This document shows, in pieces, positions 42,824-51,187 of a stretch of DNA of 64,000 nucleotides. The position numbers and the translations under genes were made by a program. Source of the DNA: Verrucomicrobiota bacterium (GTDB lineage: Bacteria; Verrucomicrobiota; Verrucomicrobiia; Limisphaerales; UBA11358); contig DAIRTX010000011.1 in assembly GCA_036803685.1 (NCBI GenBank), positions 303-64,302 of the forward strand, written 5' to 3'. Numbering within the stretch: position 1 is the stretch's first letter; the number at the start of each line of letters is the position of its first letter. The notes under the pieces were generated by a model. The model had not been told where the DNA came from, made no database searches, and saw only the letters and a program-made list of their open reading frames with translations.

Positions 42824-45172
42824 TTATGGCGAATTTAAGCGGCCGCGGTAAAACATTTTTGCCGTGTTGGTCGTGGCGACAAGAAAACTGAATGAATTGC
42901 TGGAGAGCGCGTTGGTGCTGACGGCCACCCAGTGAACCAGGTCGGTGCCGGATTGGAGCACGTAGCTCTGTCCGGCCTGGCCGTTGAGCCAGAGTTCCAA
43001 CTGACCGGGCGGACGGTTGGTTCCGATTCGCAGATGGAAGGCGGTTGCGCCGGGGAGAACAAAAAGCGTGATGCTTTGTGCCGGCAACACCTGGCTCAAA
43101 ACTCCATTCGTCAACCCGGTGTTGGACAAATGGCTGATGGTGTTGGCGGAAGTGAGTTGCCACACCTGCGCCGGCCCGGTGGCGGTGAAGTTGGTGATGT
43201 TCAGCGTTATCGGCGTCGCATTGTTGAGGTCTTTGTTGATGGCCATGATGGTCATCGCGCCGTCGCCGGTCCGTACCGCGGCAAAAGCGGCGACGTTGTC
43301 CGGATTGGGCACGGCCGCCTGGATGCTGGTGTCGCCGAACGTGGATTTGTTGCCGTCGTAATTACGATACAGCTTCATGGCCTTGTAAGTGGGCGTGTTG
43401 GTGGCGGGCGTCGTCCAGCGCGTAGCCAGATCCAGTCCTTCCCGGCCAAAAATGCCAAGAATATCGGCCTGAGCCGTCGCACCATTGATGGACGGTTCGG
43501 CTCCCCAGTTATATTCGGTAATACCGATCTTTGTGCCGGGATAATTGGTCGTCACCCAACTCCGCATCCGGGGAATAAGCGCGATAACGCTGTTGATCCA
43601 GCTCGGATCCACGTAATTGGTGTCCCAGAACTGGCGGGTTGATTGGTTCCGCAACAGCGCAGTCGTGGAGTCAGCCGCATCGGTGCCCACGTTATTTTCC
43701 TGCGGGTAGCAATGAAGGGTAAAAACATCCAGCAACCGCTTGCCGGCCGCCTGACTGCGCAGGTTAACCTGGCTCAAAAACCACGGCCCAAAATCCTGTC
43801 CGCCATGTGCCATGCGGTCGGGATAATGCGCCGGGTTGTAATCGTTGTGCGCGCCAGACCATTGTTGATCGTAGCCGCTGTAAAAATAGCCCGGCCAGCT
43901 CCATTCTTCCGGGCCGGCGACCAGCGCATTCGGGTCAATGCCTTTCACCATCGTCGCGTATTTGCAATAATTGGTAAACACCTCATCCATGGTCGGGCCC
44001 ACGGGATGCACGTCGCGATGCGTCGACTGCCAGAGACTCCACTCGTTGTCCATGATGTAATAAAGCAATCCGCCATTGGTCGCGGAGTGCCACGTGTTCG
44101 TCAGATGTTGCACCCAACCGGCCTGAAAGTTTGTGTCTGCGGGCAGGTTCGCATCAGTTGGATCGTTGGTGGTGATGTTCAAGCCGGTGGCCAGTGAAAC
44201 GCCGTTGCCCGCCGCCGGGAACCACGGATCAGTGCCCGTTTGCGGACCATATTTGTTGGTATTGTAACTCGCCAGAATGGCGCGACCCGGCCCCAATTTG
44301 GCCACCCAGCCGATGATGGGAATGGTCAGCATCGCCTGCGCCCCGCCATTTTTGGAGGTGGTAATGAAATCATCGCCGTCGCCGCCGGCGGCGCTGCTGC
44401 TTTCGGCGATGCTTTCAAAATACCAGTCGGCTGCATGGTTCCAGGCGTTATTCTGCCAGTTGTAAGTGGTTGTCCCGTTGCCGCCGGAACGATGGAGCGG
44501 CGCGTTCAAATCCAGAAGCTGGCTGCTGCTGGCGAAGGCCACGCCGTATATCAACGGGTTGATCGCGTGACGGTTGGCCTGCGCATCAACCGAGATGGAA
44601 ACCGGCGCGTTGGTGCCGCTAGTGACAACATTGGCGACCAGCGAAATGTCGTCCACGTAAAAGGTCGGCTCCGCGGTGCCCTGCGAGTCCTGGATGACGA
44701 AGCCGGTGAAGTTGGCCACGCTGGCCACGTTCAGCGCGGAGAGTGGAACAGTAAACTGTTGCCAGGTGCCGGCTACCAGGGGGCCAATGTAGTAACGCGG
44801 GCTGGTGGCAAAGTTGTTGGTGCCCCCGACATCAATCAAACCATAGACCTGTAGTTTTTGTCCACCGCTGGAACCGCCATGGAGCCAGAAGCTGAGGCTG
44901 GCGTAAGGCGTGGAATCCAAGTCGGGATGCCAGATTTGAATTCCCTGCCACGCGCCGGAAATCGTGACGCTGATGGAATCGCTGCCGGCATGGACGGGGG
45001 AAGTGTTGAGGTAGTTGATGGTTGCCCACCCCCAATCCGCCCAGCCGTTTTGCCGCGCGTCGTCGTAAATGATCTGGTCGGCACGCGCCGTCAATTGAAA
45101 CATGAATGCCAATGCCAACAGCCGGCATGACCATTTGCCTCCGGCACGGCACTTCAAAGCAGGATTTCGCAT
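42824..45172 (-). CDS. GH44-like glycoside hydrolase with N-terminal CBM-like domain and C-terminal FYR module
   Basis: INPLIYGV...RSGGNGTTTYNWQNNAWNHAADWYFES resembles the GH44 GGN..T.YNW.NN motif. ATG 45172 is preferred over TTG 45184. Ends ...AKMFYRGRLNSP. Confidence 0.65.
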   Translation of the reverse strand: MRNPALKCRAGGKWSCRLLALAFMFQLTARADQIIYDDARQNGWADWGWATINYLNTSPVHAGSDSISVTISGAWQGIQIWHPDLDSTPYASLSFWLHGGSSGGQKLQVYGLIDVGGTNNFATSPRYYIGPLVAGTWQQFTVPLSALNVASVANFTGFVIQDSQGTAEPTFYVDDISLVANVVTSGTNAPVSISVDAQANRHAINPLIYGVAFASSSQLLDLNAPLHRSGGNGTTTYNWQNNAWNHAADWYFESIAESSSAAGGDGDDFITTSKNGGAQAMLTIPIIGWVAKLGPGRAILASYNTNKYGPQTGTDPWFPAAGNGVSLATGLNITTNDPTDANLPADTNFQAGWVQHLTNTWHSATNGGLLYYIMDNEWSLWQSTHRDVHPVGPTMDEVFTNYCKYATMVKGIDPNALVAGPEEWSWPGYFYSGYDQQWSGAHNDYNPAHYPDRMAHGGQDFGPWFLSQVNLRSQAAGKRLLDVFTLHCYPQENNVGTDAADSTTALLRNQSTRQFWDTNYVDPSWINSVIALIPRMRSWVTTNYPGTKIGITEYNWGAEPSINGATAQADILGIFGREGLDLATRWTTPATNTPTYKAMKLYRNYDGNKSTFGDTSIQAAVPNPDNVAAFAAVRTGDGAMTIMAINKDLNNATPITLNITNFTATGPAQVWQLTSANTISHLSNTGLTNGVLSQVLPAQSITLFVLPGATAFHLRIGTNRPPGQLELWLNGQAGQSYVLQSGTDLVHWVAVSTNALSSNSFSFLVATTNTAKMFYRGRLNSP

Positions 45173-45231
45173 AGGCAGCTTCAAAAAAATACATCAGAAA
45201 TCGTGCCGGCGCATTCTTTTGCGTGTCATCA

Positions 45232-45357
45232 TTAAAGGGGACGCCCGTTCGTTCGTGCAGCTGGAGCCAACCCGGAGTGAAAATCATCAAGCCCGGCGAA
45301 CAATCCACCGGGCGGGAGCGTATCGCGGATGAATGTTGCTGCTTGTTGAGGTGACAT
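45232..45357 (-). pseudogene. 5'-end fragment F1 homologous to the start of gene 39936..41312
   Basis: Reads MSPQQAATFIRDTLPPGGLFAGLDDFHSGLAPAARTNGRPL* versus the intact MLAQNISLVERARFIRDQIPAGGLFAGLDWRISP. Confidence 0.7.
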
Positions 45358-45364
45358 GAAGAAA

Positions 45365-45451
45365 TTACAAGCCCAAGCGTTCCGCCAGCCAGTCGAGAAC
45401 CAAATCCATTTCCGCGCTCGTGAGTTCGCCGAGTTTGCGCTCCAGTTTCAC
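45365..45451 (-). pseudogene. C-terminal remnant of a MazF/PemK-like toxin
   Basis: 28 codons, VKLERKLGELTSAEMDLVLDWLAERLGL*. Looks like the last helix of MazF-family toxins. Begins at a GTG overlapping the antitoxin stop. Confidence 0.35.
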
Positions 45452-45624
45452 GCTGGCAACCGTTCCACTTCCTGTTTGTCCATGTCGCGGAACATCGCGT
45501 CGGCGGACTCGTGGAGGAACTGCGCCTCGTCCCGCTCGTCCAGTTCGCGCAGGCGGCGGCGGACGGCGGAACGCTCTTCGTCCGTCAGCTTGGGCAGTTC
45601 GGCAAGGATTTCAACCGCACTCAT
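45448..45624 (-). CDS. Addiction-module antitoxin-like small protein (58 aa)
   Basis: MSAVEILAELPKLTDEERSAVRRRLRELDERDEAQFLHESADAMFRDMDKQEVERLPA. Below the ORF-track length cut-off; translated by hand. Confidence 0.55.
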   Translation of the reverse strand: MSAVEILAELPKLTDEERSAVRRRLRELDERDEAQFLHESADAMFRDMDKQEVERLPA

Positions 45625-45633
45625 GGAATAAAA

Positions 45634-45744
45634 CTAACGCTGACGCACTGGACTGGCAAGCGGGGTTTTGATGCTCCACTCCTGACCGGCGAACAAGCCG
45701 CCCGGCGGCAGCGCATCGCGGATGAATTTTGCCGTTTCGGTCAA
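45634..45744 (-). pseudogene. 5'-end fragment F2 homologous to the start of gene 39936..41312
   Basis: Reads (TTG)TETAKFIRDALPPGGLFAGQEWSIKTPLASPVRQR*. Starts inside the relE stop region. Confidence 0.7.
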
Positions 45745-46025
45745 TACACTTCTTCGTGTGAGCCAATGTTGACGAGCAGCAGGATTTCCGCCCCGGTTTT
45801 CGAATTTTTCTGTTTGGAAAAAACAATCCGGCAATCGTAGGCTGCCGAACACGCGTGCAACCCGGCAAGCTGGCCGCTCAAATGATGGGTTTTCAAACGC
45901 GGATCAGCCAGGTCTTCAGACATCCGCCGCAAGATTTGTTCGATTCGCGGCTGCAACCCCGGCGTTTTGCGAACGAGACGGCGGAAAGCGCGCTCAAACT
46001 TGGGCGTGAGAACCAGTTCGCGCAT
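45741..46025 (-). CDS. relE: RelE/YafQ-family mRNA interferase toxin
   Basis: 94 aa. LKTHHLSGQLAGLHACSAAYDCRIVF...LLLVNIGSHEEVY is typical of the family. Confidence 0.8.
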   Translation of the reverse strand: MRELVLTPKFERAFRRLVRKTPGLQPRIEQILRRMSEDLADPRLKTHHLSGQLAGLHACSAAYDCRIVFSKQKNSKTGAEILLLVNIGSHEEVY

Positions 46026-46028
46026 GGC

Positions 46029-46247
46029 TCACTTGGCGGCGCGAAGATGGGCGATGACGTTCTCGGCGGACTGCGGCTTGAGTTTCCCGGCGCGGAGCGC
46101 CTTGGCCGACTGCGCGGCATCCGCCGCCGTTTCCGCGCGCCAGCTTTCGATGCGGCGGCGGCGCAATAATTCCTCCAGCATTGCCTGTTCCTCGGCAGGC
46201 AGGGCTTCAGCGCTGGTCAGCACGCGATCCAAGGTCAATGCACTCAT
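46029..46247 (-). CDS. Antitoxin partner of the RelE-like toxin
   Basis: 72-aa ORF ending 3 nt before the toxin start. Helical, charged composition. Confidence 0.6.
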   Translation of the reverse strand: MSALTLDRVLTSAEALPAEEQAMLEELLRRRRIESWRAETAADAAQSAKALRAGKLKPQSAENVIAHLRAAK

Positions 46248-46268
46248 GTGGCAAAGTTAACGCCACAA

Positions 46269-46382
46269 TCACACGCTGGCAAGCGGGGTTTTGATGCGCC
46301 ATTATTGTCCGGCGAAAAGTCCACCGGCGGGAATCTGATCGCGGACAAAACGGGCAACGGTTTCAGGATTTGTTGGAGCCAC
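46269..46382 (-). pseudogene. 5'-end fragment F3 homologous to the start of gene 39936..41312 (internal TAA)
   Basis: Reads (GTG)APTNPETVARFVRDQIPAGGLFAGQ*WRIKTPLASV*. Confidence 0.7.
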
Positions 46383-46391
46383 AAGTGAAAA

Positions 46392-47636
46392 TCAATTTTT
46401 CGTCTTTGTAATTTCAAGAACTTCAAGCGTCCGGTTGGTTGAAGTCAGTTCCAAACCTAATTGTTCCCGAACTGCTTTGATAACTTTGTCGGAGTCTGGA
46501 TTTGAATCGGAGTTTAATTCCGATTTTGACATCTGCCATCTGACATCCACCGACCAACGACCGGCCAGGCCCGTTTCGTTGACGATTGGTTTATCAAGGG
46601 AAAGTTCCATGAAAGAAGCGATGTCATCCATTTTAGTCCCGTTGAGATAAAATCCGCCGGGTCTTTGGCCGCCACCGCCCCTGCGCTGAACTTGTTTGAT
46701 CCCGGGAGCATTGGTCGAACAAACAGTCATGACATAAACTTTCACGTTTTGTTTTTTCGTTTGAACTTCAATGCCGAAATTCGTTTCGAGTTTTTTGGCG
46801 AATTGTTGTTTCAATTCCAGCGTTTCCCCTTGGGGCGCAATGGCGGAAATATCATAAAATCCCTCGGGCAATTTGGTTTTTGCGAAAACCAGTTTCGGGC
46901 TGATGTCGAAAAATGCCGGAATGACATCTTCCAAAGATGCTTTCCCGGCTTCAAAATCAGGAAAAGATTCCGACCTGCCCCAGCTGCGAGAATCAAATGG
47001 GCCTCTCTCAGGCTTTGGAAATGGACCTTTGATCGAAATTTCAACCTTCGTTGGAGCCGGATTGGTAACGGCAACGACATCTCTGTCGTCCGGCGAATAC
47101 AATTGTGGTGCCGGCAAGCTGCATGGTTTTCCCGCCAATATTTCTTCCAAGTTTTTTGCTTCAAGTACAGCTGGATGAGTTATGGCGGCGATTTTTCCCG
47201 ACGCATCCACGATTACAGTGTGAGGAATGCCATGCACATCAAAAGCCGTTCTGGTTGGATTCAAAAGTCCGTCCAAAACCACCCAGCTCTTGATCGGTTT
47301 CCGTTTCAGATATTTTTTAAGATAATCCCCGTTGTCGTCTGAAATCGAAATGAAAACCACCCGGTTGCTAAATTGCCCGACCAAATCATTCAGATGCGGA
47401 ATGGCTTCAATGCACGGCGCGCAAGCCGTGTTCCAAAATTCCAGCACCACCACTTTGCCCTTGAGCTTGTCCCAGCTGATTTCATTTGGCGACGGCCCTT
47501 GAACTGTTTCGCTCAAAATTAGCGGCGGCGGAACATCTCCGATTTTGGAACCATTTTCCCCCGCCAGCGCAAAAGAATCATTTTGGAAACATCCGAAAAC
47601 AAATGACACAATGATAATTTTTTGAAGAAATTTCAT
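46392..47636 (-). CDS. TlpA-like thioredoxin domain fused to a TIGR03435-like (soil-associated) C-terminal domain
   Basis: 414 aa with a signal peptide. VVVLEFWNTACAPCIEAIPHL. C-terminus NETGLAGRWSVDVRW...AVREQLGLELTSTNRTLEVLEI. Confidence 0.7.
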   Translation of the reverse strand: MKFLQKIIIVSFVFGCFQNDSFALAGENGSKIGDVPPPLILSETVQGPSPNEISWDKLKGKVVVLEFWNTACAPCIEAIPHLNDLVGQFSNRVVFISISDDNGDYLKKYLKRKPIKSWVVLDGLLNPTRTAFDVHGIPHTVIVDASGKIAAITHPAVLEAKNLEEILAGKPCSLPAPQLYSPDDRDVVAVTNPAPTKVEISIKGPFPKPERGPFDSRSWGRSESFPDFEAGKASLEDVIPAFFDISPKLVFAKTKLPEGFYDISAIAPQGETLELKQQFAKKLETNFGIEVQTKKQNVKVYVMTVCSTNAPGIKQVQRRGGGGQRPGGFYLNGTKMDDIASFMELSLDKPIVNETGLAGRWSVDVRWQMSKSELNSDSNPDSDKVIKAVREQLGLELTSTNRTLEVLEITKTKN

Positions 47637-47639
47637 GCG

Positions 47640-48935
47640 TCAGGTCCGCACCTGGCCGGTGCCGATGCCAAGCCACTTGTAGCTCGTCAATTCCTCCAGG
47701 CCCATCGGGCCGCGGGCGCCGATTTTGTCGGTGCTGATGCCGATTTCCGCGCCCATCCCGAATTCGCCGCCGTCGGTAAAGCGCGTCGAGGCGTTCCAAT
47801 AAACCGCCGCGGAATCCACTTCGGCCAGGAATTGCTTCGCGTGCGCCTCGTTCTTCGTGACAATGCTGTCCGAATGCGCCGAGCCATATTGATTGATGTG
47901 GTCAATCGCCGCTTTCACGCCATCCACAACGCGGACGTTCAGGATGTAATCGTTGTATTCGGTGTAAAAATCCTGTTCGGTCGCCCGCCGGATTTCGGAT
48001 TTCGTCCCGCCCTGCGGGAGGATTTCGGATTTCAAAATTGCCTCGGCAGCCGGGTCAACGCGCAGTTGCACATGCTTTTCGCCAAGTTGCTGGCCGATGA
48101 TCGGCAGAAAGGTTTTGGCGATTTTGCCGTCCACCAGCAGCGTTTCCATGGCGTTGCACACGGCGGGACGCTGGACTTTCGCATTCATCGCGATTTCCCC
48201 GGCCATTTTCAAGTCCGCGTCGGCGTCCACATAGACGTGGCAGACGCCCTTGTAATGTTTGATGACCGGCACCTTGGAGCATTCGGCCACGGCGCGAATG
48301 AGGCCTTCGCCGCCGCGGGGCATGCACAGGTCAATGTATTGCGTGAGCGACAGCAAAATGGGAATCGCCTCACGATCGGCCACGGGTACGACCTGAATCG
48401 CGTGCCCGGGAAATTTCGCGAGCGCCTGTTTCCCCGCCTCAATCATGATTCGTGCGATGGCCTGGTTCGAATCCAGTGCCTCCCGGCCGCCGCGCAAAAT
48501 CACCGCGTTGCCGGATTTGAAGCACAGACTCGCCGCATCCGCCGTCACGTTGGGACGCGATTCGTAAATGATGACCACCACGCCAATGGGCGTGGAAATT
48601 TTTTGGAGCTTCAAGCCGTTGGGCCGGACGCGTTCGTCCAGGATTCTTCCAACCGGATCCGCCAGCGCCGCCACTTCGCGCAAACCTTTCGCCATCGCAG
48701 CGATGCGTTGGTCGTCGAGCTTGAGGCGGTCGAGCATGGCCGATGAGAGGCCGGACTTCGCGGCGGCGTCCATGTCGGGCGCGTTGGCCTGTTTGATAGC
48801 GTCGGCGTTTTTTTCGAGCGCAGCCGCCATCGCGAGCAAACACGAATTTTTCTCCGCCGTCGTGAGTTGGGCGAGTTCGCGCGACGCCAGCCTGGCCTGT
48901 CTGGCCAGTCGCGTCATCTGCTCATTCAAAGTCAT
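47640..48935 (-). CDS. proA: Gamma-glutamyl phosphate reductase
   Basis: IGVVVIIYESRPNVTADAASLCFKSGNAVILRGG and full-length ProA pattern. Start moved to ATG 48935 (MTLNEQMTRLA). Confidence 0.9.
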   Translation of the reverse strand: MTLNEQMTRLARQARLASRELAQLTTAEKNSCLLAMAAALEKNADAIKQANAPDMDAAAKSGLSSAMLDRLKLDDQRIAAMAKGLREVAALADPVGRILDERVRPNGLKLQKISTPIGVVVIIYESRPNVTADAASLCFKSGNAVILRGGREALDSNQAIARIMIEAGKQALAKFPGHAIQVVPVADREAIPILLSLTQYIDLCMPRGGEGLIRAVAECSKVPVIKHYKGVCHVYVDADADLKMAGEIAMNAKVQRPAVCNAMETLLVDGKIAKTFLPIIGQQLGEKHVQLRVDPAAEAILKSEILPQGGTKSEIRRATEQDFYTEYNDYILNVRVVDGVKAAIDHINQYGSAHSDSIVTKNEAHAKQFLAEVDSAAVYWNASTRFTDGGEFGMGAEIGISTDKIGARGPMGLEELTSYKWLGIGTGQVRT

Positions 48936-49165
48936 GTGGCAAGAAGGTAAGCCAAAAAGCCAAAGTGAAAAGTGCGAAGTTTCCAGCGTTCTTCGCAACC
49001 CATGGTCGTTCTTCCTTCACAAATGGTCCGACAGACAAGTCGGATTGATTCTGCAATTATTGCTAAGTTGTTCCCAAAAAATGGGGAGCACATTTCGGCC
49101 TGGGCGTGGATTGTCATAACATGATTGCTGGCAGTCAATTAGCGGAACGCCACGTTGAACAAACG

Positions 49166-49342
49166 ATGTCTTCGTCATCTGTCGGCAACCCCCTGCGGAT
49201 TGCATGGCATGAGGTCAGGTTTCCGATTCGATTCATCGCGAAATTGCGTGCCGTAATCGAAGCCCGGGTGCCGGTTGGTTATGAGGATGAAACCGGCTTC
49301 CATTACAGCATGAAAGTGTCCGATTGGTTCTTTTCAATTTAA
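49166..49342 (+). CDS. Possible small hypothetical protein (58 aa)
   Basis: Internal ATG of listed ORF 49106..49342. No motif recognised. Confidence 0.25.
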   Translation: MSSSSVGNPLRIAWHEVRFPIRFIAKLRAVIEARVPVGYEDETGFHYSMKVSDWFFSI

Positions 49343-49608
49343 GGTTTGCTGCGCAAATGGCTTTTTGATGCGCGGCGGAGACAACGCGGGTTTTAGATTT
49401 TGGTTCGGGCGGACAGTCGTTTTTTCAGCGGGGTTCTTCACCCCCACCTCCTTGGCGACTGTCACCCGAATCGGTTTTCGCACGCGCGGACAGCAGCCCG
49501 GCTCTGGTTTTTATTCGGGTGGTGGTTGTTTTTCAATGGGCATCCCCTGCCCGGCCTCCCTGGCAACCGTGGCCTGAAACGCTTCCGGCCTTAAAAAAAG
49601 CAACGCTC

Positions 49609-49932
49609 TTACTTTGAGCCGGATTTCCGTCCGGCAACCCCGGCTTTTTTTGAATCCGCCTTCTCGTTCAACGCATATTCGGACGGGCGGTGAATCGGAT
49701 AACGGCTCTTGGCGGAAGCCCCCCGGCTCTTTCCAATTCGATGCGGCGGCAAAGCCAGTTCCTTGGAAAGGAAGATGTCCGCGCGCAATAATTTTTCGAT
49801 GATGGCGTCCCGGATAAATTGCGAACGGTTCCGGTAGCCGGCCGGCCCCAGTCCGGCGTCCAATTCCCGGAGAAATTTCTCGTCCACGGCAATGGGCAGC
49901 AATTTTTGACCTGGTGCGCGCTGATTGGGCAT
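49609..49932 (-). CDS. Ribbon-helix-helix (CopG/Arc-like) protein
   Basis: 107 aa. LLPIAVDEKFLRELD...RSQFIRDAIIEKL, then a basic tail. Confidence 0.6.
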   Translation of the reverse strand: MPNQRAPGQKLLPIAVDEKFLRELDAGLGPAGYRNRSQFIRDAIIEKLLRADIFLSKELALPPHRIGKSRGASAKSRYPIHRPSEYALNEKADSKKAGVAGRKSGSK

Positions 49933-49978
49933 GGCGATTCATATATACTGCTTTGCCACCGAAAATACCAAAAAAATG

Positions 49979-50007
49979 TTGACATGAATATAGATTGAAT
50001 ATATACA
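49979..50007 (+). promoter_or_regulatory. Candidate sigma70-type promoter, with TGAATATA direct repeats
   Basis: TTGACA (49979..49984), 17 nt, then TATACA (50002..50007), 7 nt upstream of ATG 50015. TGAATATA at 49985 and 49996. Confidence 0.35.
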
Positions 50008-50014
50008 CCAGGCC

Positions 50015-50188
50015 ATGAAGCGTGGCTCAGGGAAAAAGCCAAAGGGCAAGTTGCTGGCGGTCTGGGTGCCGGGAAAGCTTCTGCCACGGCTGGATCAAGG
50101 TGCCAGAAAAGAAGATTCGGACCGTTCCAAATTCGTCCGCAACGCCATCCGCGAAAAATTGGCCCGCCACGGCACCCCGGTGAAATGA
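50015..50188 (+). CDS. Ribbon-helix-helix (CopG/Arc-like) protein, paralogue of 49609..49932
   Basis: 57 aa, translated by hand: MKRGSGKKPKGKLLAVWVPGKLLPRLDQGARKEDSDRSKFVRNAIREKLARHGTPVK. Confidence 0.55.
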   Translation: MKRGSGKKPKGKLLAVWVPGKLLPRLDQGARKEDSDRSKFVRNAIREKLARHGTPVK

Positions 50189-50198
50189 GAGCCGGACC

Positions 50199-50588
50199 AT
50201 GACCGCAACTCCCGTCAAACCAAAAATCCTGGTCGTTGAAGACCAGCCAGCGGTTTCGGAGACGATGATTTACCTGTTGAAACGGGTGGGGTGTAAGGCC
50301 GTGGGCGCCAAAACGGGAACGGAGGGGATGCGGCTGGCACAGGCAGGAGAATTTGATTTAATCACGCTGGACATTGATTTGCCGGACATCAGCGGTTTGG
50401 AAGTCTGCCGCCGTTTGAAACGAGACCCGCGCTTATGCCACACACCGGTCATTTTTGTTTCCGGACGTTTGTGCGAGGGAAACCGGCAGCATTGCTTTGA
50501 ACTTGGCGCTGCCGATTATATCGTCAAACCATTTGATGCCTTTGTGTTCGTCTCCCGCATCTTTTCCCACCTCAAAACCGTCACGTGA
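50199..50588 (+). CDS. Single-domain response regulator (receiver)
   Basis: 129 aa. ILVVEDQPAV...DLITLDIDLPDISGLEV...VKPF. Confidence 0.85.
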   Translation: MTATPVKPKILVVEDQPAVSETMIYLLKRVGCKAVGAKTGTEGMRLAQAGEFDLITLDIDLPDISGLEVCRRLKRDPRLCHTPVIFVSGRLCEGNRQHCFELGAADYIVKPFDAFVFVSRIFSHLKTVT

Positions 50589-50642
50589 CCGCCGCATGGA
50601 TGCGGTAATCCGGCATGAGTTGGTTGCCGGTGCTGGCAATAC

Positions 50643-51182
50643 TCACCGGCAAATCCACACCAGTGTGCCGCCCGGCAATTTGTCGAAGAGCGGAATCAAA
50701 TCATCGGCGGCAAGGTGGATGCAGCCGCACGACATGGGCCGGCCAATCGTCGTCTCGTCACCGGTGCCATGAATGTAAATATAGCGCGCGTGCGAATCCA
50801 CGTTGCCGCCGCGGTTGAAGCCGGGCTCGAGTCCTTCCAGCCAGAGAATGCGCGTGGTGATTTTTGCGTCCGGCATCCCCTGCCAGGTGTAACCCACCGG
50901 CTGGCGTCCCTTGAAAACGGTCCCCACCGGCCAGCCGCCACCAATTTTTTCCACGACGCGATGCAATCCGAGCGGGGTGCCGTTCGAGCCGGCGACCTGG
51001 CTGATGCCAAAACGCGAAGTGGAACAGCGAAAATTTTTAACGCAAAGACCCAAAGGCGCGAAGGTTTTTTCGAAAAGCGAAACGGTTTGGTTTGCGACGC
51101 TGACAACGAGAACAAAGCGCGTTGGAACGATGCCGTGTTTTTTGCAGGAGCCGGAAAAAACTTGTAATTCTTGGTATGGCAC
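50643..51182 (-). CDS. L,D-transpeptidase (YkuD domain)
   Basis: IYIHGTGDETTIGRPMSCGCIHL active-site motif. Confidence 0.8.
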   Translation of the reverse strand: MPYQELQVFSGSCKKHGIVPTRFVLVVSVANQTVSLFEKTFAPLGLCVKNFRCSTSRFGISQVAGSNGTPLGLHRVVEKIGGGWPVGTVFKGRQPVGYTWQGMPDAKITTRILWLEGLEPGFNRGGNVDSHARYIYIHGTGDETTIGRPMSCGCIHLAADDLIPLFDKLPGGTLVWICR

Positions 51183-51187
51183 TGTTT

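Noticed and set aside
45634-45852. 72-aa minus-strand ORF in the track.
   Set aside because: Its upstream two-thirds overlap relE in another frame. Only the last 36 codons (fragment F2) carry recognisable sequence, and those are annotated as a gene remnant instead.
49350-49608. Structured-looking intergenic stretch. It has the pairing TTCGGGCGGACAGTCG / CGACTGTCACCCGAA, a GGGG-TTCTTCA-CCCC hairpin, and a 36-codon GTG ORF behind an AAGGAGG.
   Set aside because: I looked for tmRNA, SRP RNA and 6S hallmarks and found none. The small ORF has no support beyond the SD-like sequence. This may just be more repeat material.
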